From assembly GCF_009914755.1 (NCBI RefSeq), contig NC_060930.1: DNA of 64,000 nucleotides; one strand, 5' to 3'. A model generated the notes under the pieces. That model saw only the letters and a list, made by a program, of their open reading frames with translations, was not told the origin of the DNA and made no database searches. Of the stretch, positions 1 through 14,135 are shown piece by piece; the stretch's first letter is position 1; each line of letters opens with the position of its first letter. Made by a program: the position numbers and the translations under genes. The DNA comes from the human T2T-CHM13v2.0 reference genome, Homo sapiens.

Positions 1-281
<281 letters not shown>

Positions 282-1911
282 GTGAATCTTTTTGTCATCC
301 CCCTTAGCACATGATCACACAGTCCCTGCTTGATGCTCAAGGTAATAATTGGCTGTCTCCATTTCTTTCTACGACTCCATTTTTGCTCTATAATGAGTAA
401 AACATAGTATTAGCAAAACTATGTGCTTGTGTTTTCTGAAGCTGTAGAGACTAGACTACTCCTTCAACCTTTAACATATACTGTTATATTTGACCCTCGC
501 TTTTTCTTTCCCAAGTTGTCACAGAAATGATTTTGTGACAAATGTTTTTGGAGCTTTTCTTCATAGTTCCTGTCTTCTAAACCAATTGCCCTCCATTGGA
601 CACTGTCTCATTTTGTTTTGTCCATTTGAAAATATAATACCCAGTTGCAGCCACAGCAACCTAGGAGGGCTATGACCAATACAGAACATAGTGACACTAA
701 AAGTTTCCTATATCTGGAACCATGCTGTTATTTTTGCAATCCTATTATATATTTCCTTGTTTATTGTTTTATGCTGTTAACAGCCTTTGGCACTTTTGTG
801 GCACCTCACGTGAGCTACTCTGGACCTTAGCTTTTTACATCTTGTCCTACAGATTCACGTTTGATTGTATAAGTGATATGCAGAAACCAGTCTATTTACT
901 AGTCAGTTGGTAGGTTGATGTGATACAATTACACACAGGAATGGTTCAAAATAACTGGAAAACTTAGGATTACATTAATTATAATTTTAAAAGCAGAATT
1001 TTCATAGTTTTAAATTTTGAGGCGGTAACTCTGCTATTAACAAATTCTCATTGCTTTGCACCCTACATCTATTGATTTTAGAAAATGTCAGTGGAGATCA
1101 TGTTCAAGATACTGATCCCTGAATTAACAAATAATAGCTTTAAGTAGTGTTGATGTATATGAAGTTTTCTAAGTAAAAGACAAAGCACCACATCTTGGAA
1201 CTTGTTTTCTAGAGCTGACCATAAGGATATTAGACATTTTTATTTTAGTTTATGTTATGTTATTTTTTTAAAAGTATGTGGTTAGGAGAATGGGTTACAT
1301 GCTGATTACAGATCTCCATAGCAGACCTTCAGCTTATGAGGTTAGGAGAATGATTTATAAAGTTGACTATAGGTCAGATCATCTTTGAGAAAGCTGTGCT
1401 TTCAACACCACAGGATTAAAAGAAAAAACCAAAAGGAAAAACACTATATTAAAAACAACCCCTCCTCCCAGCTCCTATTCTCAACCCCCACTCTCTTTCC
1501 CCAATATCCTGGTTCATAACCCCGCATAAAGTCAATGCTGGTGACTGATTGTCTTTGCCTCCGTGTGTCTGCTTCCTTCCTTACCATTCTGGTTTTCCCA
1601 GTCTCTCTGTCTATGCTCATTCCTTTTACTCACTCTGTTTTCATCAGGATTATTAAACTGCTTGGGTCTTGCTTTGTGGTCTTTTTGAAAGGAAATTCTT
1701 AGCTACAGCCAAAGACAATGGAGGAAATTTCACTTTCTTGGTCTTAGCACCATATTGCTAGGGAGTTAGTCACATTATGTCATGAAAAATTGGTTGGTTA
1801 CCAGATTTCCAAGACCTCACTCATGGATATAACCCTAATGAAATATCAATGAAGACAAGAATCCAAGAACAGCATGCCAAACTCCCCAAAGGGAGTTACA
1901 TTTTCAAGATA

Positions 1912-1950
1912 GTAAACTTTTAAAAGTATTGGTAAACTTTTAAAAGTATT
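1912..1950. repeat. 20-bp tandem duplication
   Basis: gtaaacttttaaaagtatt occurs twice with period 20. Confidence 0.9.
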
Positions 1951-2091
1951 ACGTATGAGCCTTTTAAATGTTATAATTGACTAGACAGAGTGAAAACACA
2001 AATAAAAACGTAGCACTTTTTTTTGGGCAAAATTTTCATCTAAGTATCAATCTACACTGGATGTAGCAATAATGTATATGGCACATTTTTC

Positions 2092-2327
2092 TTTTTTTGA
2101 AATGGAGTCTCGCTCTGTCACCCAGGCTGGAGTGCAGTGGCATGATCCTCCAGAGTAGCTGGAATTACAGGCATGCACCACCAGGCCAGGCTAATTTTTG
2201 TATTTTTAGTAGAGATGGGGATTCATCATGTTGGCCAGGCTGGTCTCGAACTCCTGACCTTATAATATCTGCCTACCGCGGCCTCCCAAAGTGCTGGGAT
2301 TACAGGCATTAGCCACTGCACCTGGCA
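2092..2327 (-). mobile_element. AluS with ~50-bp internal deletion in right monomer
   Basis: catgatc joined directly to ctccagagtagctgg; TSD atggca(c/t)atttttc at 2078-2091 and 2328-2341. Confidence 0.9.
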
Positions 2328-2572
2328 ATGGCATATTTTTCATAAATTAATTAGGTATTTATTTTCTATTTTAAACAGTCTTACTTTTTATCTTTTAATC
2401 CAACCTCTTTCCTCTATCTAGGATTTTCAAACTGACAAAAACTTAATTGCATCTCTGTCTAATATGGATAACTTAGAAATTAGAAATTCCAATCCATCTG
2501 ATATCTTGATAATAGAACCAAGTTACCAACATGAATATGTGATACTATTTTCCATAAAGATTGTTCTTTTGC

Positions 2573-2893
2573 GGTCGGGTGAGGTGGCTCACGTCTACAA
2601 TCCCAGTGCTTTTGGAAGGCCAATGTGGGCAGATCACTTGAGGTCAGGAGTTCAAGACTAGCCTGGTGAACATGGTGAAACCCCATCTCTACTAAAAAAA
2701 AAAAAAAAAAATACAAAAATTAGCTGGGCATGGTGTCAGGCACTTGTAATCCTAGCTACTCAGGAGGCTGAGGGAGGAGAATCACTTGAGTCTGGGAGGT
2801 GGAGGTTGTAGTGAGCCGAGATCATGCCACTGTACTGCAGCCTGGGAGACAGAGTGAGACTCTGTCTCAAAAACAAACAAACAAACAAAAAAA
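2573..2893 (+). mobile_element. AluS with expanded middle A-tract and (CAAA)n tail
   Basis: Full Alu dimer flanked by attgttct(t/c)ttg repeats. Confidence 0.93.
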
Positions 2894-2908
2894 CCATTGT
2901 TCTCTTGG

Positions 2909-3215
2909 GGCCAGACACAATGGCTCATTGGCTCACGCCTGTAAAATCCTAGCACTTTGTGGGGCAGAGGCAGGTGGACTGCTTGAGCCCAGGAGTTTGA
3001 GATCAGCCTGGTCAACATGATAAACTCCTTCTCTACAAACAAAAAAATTAGCTGGATGTGTTGGTGCACCTGTACTCCCAGCTACTCAGGTGGCTGAGGT
3101 GGAGGATCACCTGACTAGGGGAGGTTGAGGCAACAGTGAGCAGATATTGTGTCACTGTACTCCACACTTCAGCCTGGGCGATAGAGTGACACCTTGTCTC
3201 AAAAAAAAAAAAAAA
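2909..3215 (+). mobile_element. AluJ followed by (TA)n at 3217-3239
   Basis: J-type motifs gcttgagcccagg and gaccttgtctc; poly-A tail. Confidence 0.9.
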
Positions 3216-4797
3216 GTATATATATATATATATATATATTTCTCTTGGGAAAGTCTATTGACAATGATAAACTGTTCAGATTTTAGTGTTATAGTGGGTA
3301 ATATAATCAGAAAGACTTTAGGGGAATCAATCCTTAATAAATGTAAAATATTTCTTTGGAAGAGTCTAATTCTTGACAAATTATAAAGGTCTCCAAATGT
3401 GCCCCACTGCGCATGTAGACTGTAGTTCTCCTCAACTTGCCTAATGACTGTGTAAACTAAAAAAGCAAAAGTCTAGTGGTTTATCATTGTCAAAAATCCC
3501 CTAGCCAGATGAAATTTGAGTTGTATAAGCACTCCCCGAATGTATATTTTTTTATTGTAATTATTTGCTTTTTAAACGGCATATCTATATCAAATGTATA
3601 TGGGAAATAGAATTATCTTCTGGAAAGAGATAACCAAATAGTAAAGTGTAGGCCAGGGAAGACCTTGATATGCAGGCCCTGGATGGCAGAAGACATTACA
3701 GGAAAGGGCAGTCACTAGAGAGTTAAAGTGGCGTTTGGGATTCTTGTTCACTGTCCTTGCAACTATTTTTGTTTGTTTGTTTGTTTTTCTGATTCACTGG
3801 GTAATAGAAAGTTTTTTATTTAGCTCAGGGATAGAAAAATTATGGCAATTCAAGCATAGGCTAAATTTAATTGATTTTCGCTCTACCTATGAAAAAGTCA
3901 CTGATTAAAAATAGCAAACAGGATTGTAATGGAAATGTGTACTTTAGAATCAGACTAAAAAATTTGTAGCTATCGAAGTGAGCCTTTTTAGTCAGTGTAC
4001 AGTACTACTTACAAGACTTCACCATTTTCATCCAATTAGATTATTCACTTGGAACTCTACACTTTTGCTCTTCCTAGTTCTGAAAGCATCATAACCTGTT
4101 CTTAAAAACAAAAGTTCTATAATTTTTATATTTGCTTATACCAGTTTCATGCACTAATTTCAATTATTAGTTTCTACATTTAGATGGTTAGGTCAGCTGT
4201 GCTCCCTCCCTTCTATCACTGAATTAGACCAAAGCTTGGTGGGAGCAAATGGTGGGGTTGGTGTCACCCGATGGTGTGTGAGGGAGGCTCGGAAATGGGC
4301 TAGCCAGAAGGTGATATGTTGTCAGGTTAAAGTGAAGTTAGGGAAGTGAAACCTAACTTTTATTTTCCCTAATCTTGCCCTTGCCTAGTTGTTCCCTTGC
4401 CCTAGGAGAGGACCAACTATAAGATCCCAAGTCCAAACAGAGATAAGATGTAGTTCAGGTCCAGTCTAGGCACAGAAAACAATGGAAAATCTCTTAAGAC
4501 TAAGATGGGAGCTGTCCAGGATTAAAGCTGGATGCTTCAAGCATTTCTTTAGGAAAATGAGGTAAATAAAGAGAACGGGGGCTATTCCCAAAGATTTACA
4601 ACTTTGCTAACAATGTGGGAATCATTGGAGGTTTGGATGTAAAGGAAAAGAATGTGGCTTTCTGAGGGTAGTTGGAAGAATGTACAATGACTTCTAAATA
4701 CTATCAATACTCCTGGTTCTGGTTCACTAGTAGTGCTTCTCCTTCCATGTCCCACTGCAACCCTGGAGATCTATCAGAGCATCATTCTGTGCACTGA

Positions 4798-5200
<403 letters not shown>

Positions 5201-5740
5201 AAATATCTGAATACTTTTTAAGGTAGCAAAGAGTCACTAAGACAAAGCACTTGAATCCATTGTAAGTTAAAGTGCACTCACCAGGTATCATGGCCCCTGA
5301 GCAGCACTGGACTGTGCTGTGCTGAGTGTGGACAGCTCAACTACAAATCAATGCAGTGTATAATCAGTGTCAAAAGGGATCGGTTCAAAAGATGAGTATT
5401 ATGTGATTTCAGATCAGGGAGAGAACTACATGGACTTGAGTGATCAAGGGGCTTCTATGGAAGAGGCATCACTAACTGGACCTTCTTCAGGGAGAGGAAA
5501 TAGGTATTCAGAGAGATGCTTTTGTGTTCCCTGATGTCAGAGAAATTATATTAGGGAAGAGGGTGAGGGACTTTGGCTTATGTTGAGAAGTCTCAGGGGC
5601 AACTTTGAACAGATGTGTTTGGTGGAAGGCAGAAATAATATAAGAACTTTGAAAGCCAGTGTGAGCTTTATACTGAGGGTAATGGTGAACTATTGATTTT
5701 AGGATTGACATATAAAGTATAGCATTTTGATGAAAGGAGG

Positions 5741-6662
5741 TGAAAGGTAGCAGAATATGCCACTCCCAAATGTGCAACTTGGCGTAAGGATGATTTTGAA
5801 ATAAAGACACTTGAAGAACAGAAGGTACAAGAAGGGTGCACTGACCTCCCCTTTTCTTCCTAAAAGCAGGCGATAAATCTCTCATGTGAAAGATGCTCAT
5901 TCTGGAGGTAAGAAACGTTCTTATCACCAGAGATAGGGAGTCAAGACTGAGAGAATTCTGCACACACAGATCTTATTAAAGCAATTCTTATCTTTCTTTG
6001 GTCCTCTAATGCTCTAGTTTGGCTACACAAGCCTCCAAACTTCATGCAGAAATTTGATTTCCAATGTTGGAGATGTGGCCTAATGGGAGGTGTTTGGGGT
6101 CATGGAGGTGGATCCCTCATGAACAGATCAGTGCTGTCCCTGGGTTGGGGGATGGCTGTGGGGCGGGGAGGCAGTTCTCACTCTATTAGTTCCAGGGAGA
6201 ACTGGTTGTTGAAAAAGTCTTGCACCTCCTCCTCCTCTCTCTCTGTCTCTCACTCTTGCTTCTGCTCTTTCATCATGGGATCTCTTCTCTGCTCACGTGG
6301 CTCTCCTTCACCTTCCACCACGAGAACCAGCAGCCCGAAGCCCTCACCAGAAACAAAATACTGATGCTATGTTTCTTTTGTAGCAGTGAACCAAATACAC
6401 CTCTTTTCTTTATAAATTACCCAGCCTCAGGTGTTTCTTTATAGCATCACAAATGGACAAAGGCATTCCATATATTTTAGTGACTTTTCTACAACTGCCT
6501 CTCTATGTCCAACCTAGTATATAAGCACTTAGGTTTTGCCACCTCTTTGGGTCTTCATTTTCCTGTATGCTTTTCTCTTGTTAATCTGTCTTATGTCGAC
6601 TTAATTCTCAGGGCCCACCAGAAGCCCTAGGAGGGTAGAGGTAAAGTGTCGCCTCCCTTCTA
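5741..6662 (+). mobile_element. ERV1-class solo LTR (MER34-like), interrupted by an MST LTR
   Basis: Starts tgaaaggtagcagaatatgccactcccaaa..., resembling the MER34-group 5' end; resumes after 6465; 4-bp TSD gagg at 5737-5740 and 6663-6666. Confidence 0.7.
6010..6465 (+). mobile_element. MaLR solo LTR (MST family, MSTD/MSTC-like)
   Basis: gggaggtgtttgggtcatgg core and 3' end ttctttataaattacccagcctcaggt...atagca...ggacaaaggca. Confidence 0.8.
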
Positions 6663-7299
6663 GAGGGTTTTAGGAAGATTGTTTGCCTAGCAGAAATGCA
6701 GTTTAGCCTGGAAAGCAGCAAAACTGGAGTTGGGGAGACTTTGGGGAGAACTGCAGGGGAGGTTGACAAGGCCTCGTGAAGGTAAGAAGGCCAGAAGGAG
6801 GGAGTGCTGTGTTGCAGCAGTTATGGAAAGTTCATGATGGGCCCACATTTCAGAAGGATAAGGCTGTGTAAGTGACAGTCACAGTGCTCCAACCCAAGAG
6901 AAGGAACTGACTATATTTTGGAGAAAGATGTCGAGTGTTGGATTTTGTGCAGTGGATCTACATGACGCAGCTGGTGTTGATACTGAGGCTGTGGGCTCTA
7001 TCTGGCTCCACTAACAGGCATTCTGGAGAGGTTTTTCCAAGAAATTAATTCCATGGACCATTGAGGCCTAGTGCCTCTCTGTTGATTCTAACCTTTCTGG
7101 CGTGGTTTTACTGGCCAATGGTATGTATGTCAGTTTCATTTTTTATCACTCTGGATAAAAATGTTTGGGGCAGGAAAGCAAATTCTACAGCTTGTGCTTT
7201 TTAGGTTCATGGATTTCAGTGGCCTCAGATAGTTCCTATATCTTCATTCCTGCAACATCCCAAGCTCCTTTTCCTTGAAGTCCTTTAAAAGATAGCTTC

Positions 7300-7477
<178 letters not shown>

Positions 7478-7694
7478 CTAGGAGATAGTCCAAGAAGTCA
7501 GTCAGCCTCCTATTTATTCCTCTACTCCTCTTGATCCTACACTGGATTAGTATGATCTCATTCACTCTCCAAATATTTACTGACCACCTATTAAGTACTA
7601 GGTTTTACCCTCACGAAGATCACAGTGAACTGGAGAAGTCAAACATCTGGACTGGCAATTCAAATGCAGCCTCAGACATACCATGCTAGGTGCA

Positions 7695-7880
7695 GTGTAG
7701 GATAGGCTTCCAGAGCCAGGCTGCATTTGAACTCTAATGCACACCCTGGCTGTATGACCTTGGGCAAGTTACTTAACACATCTGTGCCAGTTTTGCCCTC
7801 TGTAAAATGAAAATAATAATAGCAGGATTATCTTGAAAGTTAATAGAGGTGACGCAGGAAAGAAGTGCTAAATAAAAATC
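7695..7880 (+). mobile_element. MIR
   Basis: Core tgaccttgggcaagttacttaac...tctgtaaaatg. Confidence 0.8.
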
Positions 7881-8094
7881 AGCCAGTATATTCCAGCCCA
7901 GAGAAAGGGCATGGTGGAATGAAACACGGCATAGCAGCAGCTGACTATTGTTAGTGCATACTAGTACATATTGGAGATCAACAGCCAGAGTCCATTTTGA
8001 TTGGTTATGGCATCTGTCCCAATTGGTCCATATTGATTGGTTGGTGACTGTACTGTATGGGTTAATATTTTTTATGTCATCTCAGAGTTTAAGT

Positions 8095-8225
8095 CAGTGG
8101 TCCTGAAACATTACATGTGCCTCAGTATAAATGGAATGCTTGCTAAAAAGTGCAATTCTTGGGCCCTAGCCCCAGAGATTATGATTCAGTTAATGCAGAG
8201 TGGGCCCAGAAGTATATTTTAAATA
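8095..8225. mobile_element. MER5-type hAT-Charlie DNA transposon relic
   Basis: cagtggtcct...cttgctaaaaagtgcaattcttgggccc...gattcagt. Confidence 0.6.
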
Positions 8226-8884
8226 TGCATTGATTGCAAACCTGCTTTCCTACAAGCTCTGATTTAGAGGGACAGAGGAGGTTATCTGGGAGAAGTAACA
8301 TTTAACCAAGACCTGGAATTCTAACAGCTTTAGGCAAGGAGGTGGGGAGAGTGGGATGGAGTAGGGGATTATTCCTCTCAAAGGGCACAGCATGGGCAAG
8401 AATGGTTGGAGTATTAAGTCGAGGGTGGATGGCAGCAAAAGAGAGAAAAACTCAATTATAAAGGCACTGTAAACAGTAGGTTTTTATTTTACCTTCAGTG
8501 TAATGAATGGGAACTCACTTAACGTGTTTTATGAATGGGGTGGCAGGATCATACTTACGCACTGGAAGATCTCTGGTTTTGTGCAAAGGGATGAGGGCAA
8601 ACAAGCCAGGGGCAGGAGGCGGCCTGTGAGCTACCTGGTGAGAACTGCTAGCTTGGTGGCCTGTCACCAATCCTTACTATTGCCCTTGGCACTTTTCCCC
8701 ACTCTTTCCCTCCTTTTTGACGTCTGGCCCTCTCTGGACCTGGTCAGCCACTCAGGCCAACTGTCTTCCTTCATGGCTGGTGTGTGACCTCCCTGCTCCA
8801 GCTTCTGACATGATGGTCATAGTGACTGTGCTCTGGTTTCAGTACTTGGTCACACTGGCACCCAATGATGCAGAGGAAGCTGGT

Positions 8885-9020
8885 GGGTGACTAGAATGTA
8901 AGTAGAGGAAAGCAAGGCCCTATCTGTCTTATTCATTTCCCTGGGGCTACAAATGTGTAGCAGTAGTGTCTAGGGGAGTAGTATGGAGTAAGCACTCAGT
9001 ACATATCTGCTAAAGAATGA
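8885..9020 (+). mobile_element. L2 3' end fragment
   Basis: ctagaatgtaag...tgtcttattcat...gcactcagtacatatctgctaaagaatga. Confidence 0.55.
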
Positions 9021-12000
9021 GGGCTCTGTCTCCAGAAGTGGGCCTATGGTAGATATCAGAGGGCAATTCCAACTTCTGTGGATAGCATGGAGTGACTGTA
9101 ATTTGACTCACCTTGTCATCATCGATGAGGGGTCCTTTTTATTCATCCTTTTGATCATACTTCCTCTCGTGTTTCCACCTTATTCTTTGCATTATTTTTT
9201 AACAGGAAAAGGGGATTGAACATTTTTTTAAGTGTCAGTCTATCTCAAAATACTGTATTTTAGCTATACAAGGTATCCTGCTGTGCATCTTTGGCTTATT
9301 TGGAGTTACTTTGCCAAAGCAGAGAAAGTACAAATCCTAGAAACCTGTTTCTCACTAAACTCACTTCATAAACCCATCCAGAGTCATTTTCCACAATGGG
9401 ATTGAAAAAGAAAGAAGAACAGGCAGTAATCAATTGTAGCACTTACTAGTTTACCGCTCAGATCTCAATCTTCTGCCATCACTTAGAAGCAGGATCCCAG
9501 GAGGACAAGAAATAGAGAAAGGGGTTAAATGAGCTCCTAAAATGGTCATAATTTTCCAAAGGCCATGTTTTAAAACCCCAGGATTAGTCCCCGGAAAACC
9601 ATTTATTCAATTATTAAAACAAAGTTAAGGATAATGCTCTTTCCCCCACCAAGCTGAGTGGATATTTGTCAAAACTGAGTTGTACCCATTGATAATAGGG
9701 ATTAGGAAGGACTTGCTATAAAGTGCGAAGTGTGTGTTTAATTGTTGCTGCAAGAGAAATATAACTTACTGGTAAACTGCGCAGAATTTGAAACAAAGTG
9801 CCCTTTTTACTTTTGTAGGAATGTCATACTAACCAAATGTGTCCGCATGTTTTCAATTAAGCAGAGGAATGTTAAATGTAAAGCTAAATTGATGAAAATA
9901 ACCAAACTTTCTGACAAACCAATAAATTGGAGTCTAGAACTCATTGCCCATACTGTATGGCAGCCAGAGAAACATTGCTAGATCATCAATTTTTACCTAA
10001 TTTTTGAGTTACTTTATACTTGAAAAGAGAAAAGGAATGCTAGGAAAGTAATTTAAATTATTCCCAGCTATAAACAGAGAATATGCACATTGGACGTAGA
10101 CCTTATTCTTCCCTGTATGCAATTGAACTGATTGTTTATTCTTTTGGCAATTTCCTCACTGAAATTTTTGGAAATGTAAAACAGAGTTTTCAGGGAACTC
10201 TCATGTCAACATTTTGGCAAATGATCTGGCAACATGCTAGTCATTGGACCGCTTTTCTGAACTTCTCAGAACTACTCCATGGCAATCTGTATTCTTTGAA
10301 AGGGATGTTTTAATTTTCCTTCCCTCAAATTTTTATTCCTTCAAGTTGCTGTCACGTTGAGATGACAATATACTAGAAAAATTATGAGTTTGGAGAAGAA
10401 AATTCTAAATTTCTTCCTGAAAACAGAGGGTAAAATTACATAGTCAGAAATATGACTCTCTGCACATTTCTGCTTATGTCAGATGTTTCCATTTTTAATA
10501 CAGAAATTTACCTCTGAATTGGTCTTTTTATTTTGTGAGAGATGGCAGGAAATAAACCTTTGAAATCAAAGAAAGGGGAAGCTAAGGCCGTCATCTTTGC
10601 CACTGTGAAATGGGTACCCTTTGCTGAAAGGTCAGTCAGAAACCCAGGCTCCCACATCTTGATCTCCACTGCCCTACAGGTACAGAAGTTTCCCGTGATC
10701 CTCTCGCTAAGAAAGTAGAACTGCTTCCAAATGTAAGGTAGTGTCTCTAAGTTTCTATGGTTCTATCCTAAGCTCAAAGTGTGCCAGAAGGACCCTGTAT
10801 CTTATTTGGGCAAAATTTTAGTCCAGGCAAAGGCCTATTTCAAAACCGATTAATGCTATAATTTTTTTTCTAACAACACTGGGGAACAATCAGTTTTTCA
10901 AATTAGTTGGTCACTCAACACTTTTGTCTGGTGGCCACTCAAAAAATATTATTTTTTGCAAAATTATTTTTGGACACTTCCATGAAACTGCTCCTTTTTA
11001 AATTAAAGTTTCATGCTCTGGCTTTTATTAAAGTTTCAAACCTTTTCTCAATGTTTGATCAAATTCACCCGAAATTTAAATCAGAGTTAATTACATATAT
11101 TAGATATTTCCAAGGACTTACATTTTAAATTTTTATTACTTATTTAAATGGCATTCAGAGGAAAAAAATGAAATAATCTCATTTGAGGGCAGGCAACATG
11201 GTTTTCCCTCAGTTTACCTTTGCATCTAGTTGTTCCTAATGGTGTTGACTTCATATAAATGCTCAATTACTATTGCTGCTATAGTTCCCATTAAGTGCTG
11301 TATTTAAGATGAGTGGTGGTGGCCTCTTGATCAATCAAGTATTTAAAGCATCTTATCCTTTAAGCTTTCATGTTATCCACACATTTAATTTGCTTAAAAC
11401 CTCTTAGGTATTCATTCAAATCACAGATGAAAAAATTGAACATCTGCATTCTGAGATAAGCTGCTGGTTATCTCCCTCCAGGTTCAGTTGATCTGCAGAT
11501 ATGTATTGGGTATTTAGGCCCTTTGCTCAGGCCAGGGTTGCAAAGATAATATTACATGATCTCTGTCTTCCAATAACTCTCAATAGAGAGGATAGTAAAG
11601 CATTGATTAATAAATATGTTATCAGCCAGCTATGAATTCATTTAATGTGGTATTCCCCAGATCACAGTCCTCATTCTTTCCATATAAGTGTCTGCTATCC
11701 ATATATAAGGCAATAGGATAAGTCTTAGAAAAAAATTATGCTTTGTGATATTTATTTCATCTACAAATTTATTTTTAAAGACTTTATCAAGAGTTTTGCT
11801 ATAATCAAGGCCCACTACGCCTACTGATTTAGGATAGTTTCAGCCCAGTATAGACAGGCATAGTTTGTAGGGAACAAGGTTAACTCTCAAGTTCAGCATG
11901 ATAACTGAAGCCTTCTGATACTCTGATTTCTTAGTTGGGCATTCCTCTGACTTTTACCGTCCTCTCTTCTGGGTTTGATCCCATTTTTCTAATAACTTCT

Positions 12001-12836
12001 TTGTATTCATATTTCTCATCCATCTTTTCTTTAGTCTTTCACAACTCCCTGCCCTCTGACTATATCCAACACTGCTCAATTTTCACATTAGTGTTTAGCT
12101 TTTGGTCAATTTGTTGCTCATTCAAACATTACAACTTTCAAAAACATGTAAAGATAGCTAATAAACATATTAGGCATGATATTTGTAAGTCATGATACAT
12201 TAGTCACTCTCATTACATACATTTTCTCTAAATATATCTGATATAACTTTTGTCTCTAGCCAAAAGATATTAAGTCATATGTAATAGGGGGTAAGAAATA
12301 CGACTCTTTATACTGTACTTCAGCCTATGGCTCAAAGACTGATCAATACAAAGTTATCATGAGGATGGTGGGGCAGCGTATTTCAAAGTGAGGTTTCAAG
12401 GAAGTCTTTATGGACCATCCCACACTCAAGAAACACTGTTAGGCCCACTTCATCTGATTTGCGCTTCAAGAGCTGCCTAGAGTACTCAGGAACCTTACCA
12501 TTACAACAGAGAAGTAGATGGGGTCTAGAAGGTTTTCCACTTGACCGATGGTCAACCATGTTATAATCCTTTCATTACAATTCTGTTGTCATTTTGGTAA
12601 ACAAAGAATAACATTCAGATTCAAAAATCATTTATTATTAAGGGTCTATTGTGTGTAGGCATAGGCACTTTCACAATAAATTGCTATTCTTTAACTTAAC
12701 AAATATGTATCTTGAGAACCCATTATGTGTCACGTTTGGTACTATATGGAAAATTTGATATTTGGTCTAAAATCTTGGGAAACATCCATCAAATATACAA
12801 TATGAAAATGAAAGCTTCTCAGAAAGTTATTTGTGT

Positions 12837-13156
12837 GTTTTTTTTTGTTTTTTTTTTTTTTTTTTTTTTTCGGGATGGAGTTTCACTCTTGTTGCCCAGG
12901 CTGGAGTGCAACGGCGCAATCTCCGCTCACTGAAACCTCTGACTCCCGGGTTCAAGCGATTCTCCTGCCTCAGCCTCCCAAGTAGCTGGGATCACAGGTG
13001 CCTGCCACTACACCCGGCTAATTTTTTTGTACTTTTGGTAGAGACGAGGTTTCACCATGTTGGCCAGGCTAGTCTTGAACTCCTGACCTGAGGTGATCCA
13101 CCCACCTCGGCATCCCAAAGTGCTGGGATTACAGGCGTGAGCCACCGCACCCAACC
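12837..13156 (-). mobile_element. AluS (Sq/Sp-like)
   Basis: Poly-T followed by a full dimer with tttcactcttgttgccc. Confidence 0.95.
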
Positions 13157-13816
13157 TCCAGAATCTATAAATGCTAAACAACAACAAAACAAAATGAAAG
13201 AGTTTTAAAATAGGAATATTGTTTATATTTTTATATGATTTTTCAAGCACAAAGCAGAATGAAGCAAAAATTACTTATGGGGGAAAATATACACATTTTA
13301 CCTTTATACTTTTTTCTTTTATTTTGTTCCTGCTTGAGCATTAACAACAACGTATGGTGAATATAAGTTTGCAATATATATAATGCTTTTGTATTTTTCA
13401 TGAATTTTAATGTAAATACTCATATTCAAACTGAATGGATTAGATGAATCCAATTCATATATGCACGACTCACATAACTTTGGTTCCTAGGAAACTTGCG
13501 TAACCTACTTTTTGGTAGATTCCTTTATCTTCATTCAGAAGTGCTGCCTTTTCAGTGTTGGCTAAGTTCTAAGAAGAGATTAGAAAGGAATAGGCCGAGA
13601 ACTCAGAAAACCTTGTTCCTACTTCTAATTTAGGCGCTTGACATTAGCTGTGTTTCATTGCTTCCCCATATTTAGCATTGGTAAAATGTCTATTGAATAG
13701 CAATCTTAAGAGATACATTAAAAGTCATTTCAATTTTAAGGGCTTTAATAATAAAGGTATAAAAACAATAGCGACATAGATAATAGTAGCTAGCATTTAT
13801 AAGGCCAAGTATTTTA

Positions 13817-14135
13817 TTTTATGTTAGTTTAGTTTAGTTTCGTTTCGTTTAAAGATGGAGTCTTGCTCTGTTACCCAGTCTGGAGTGCCGTATCGCATGA
13901 TCTCGGCTCACCGTAACCTTTGCCTCCCAGACTCAAGCAATCCTCCCACCTCAGCCTCCTGAGTAGCTGGGATTACAGGCACGCACCATCATGCCTGGCT
14001 AATTTTTTGTATTTTTAGTAGAGGCGGGGTTTCAACATGTTGGGCGGGCTGGTTTCAAACTCCTGACCTCAAGTGATCCACCTGCCTCGGCCTCCCAAAG
14101 TGTTGGGATTATAGGTGTGAGCCACCGCGCCCAGC
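13817..14135 (-). mobile_element. Alu (Jb/Sz-like) inserted into a MIR
   Basis: TSD aggccaagtatttta at 13802-13816 and 14136-14150; MIR-like sequence continues to ~14260. Confidence 0.93.

Noticed and set aside
5508-5963. 151-aa ORF, the longest in the track
   Set aside because: Lies largely antisense across an LTR; no recognisable domain
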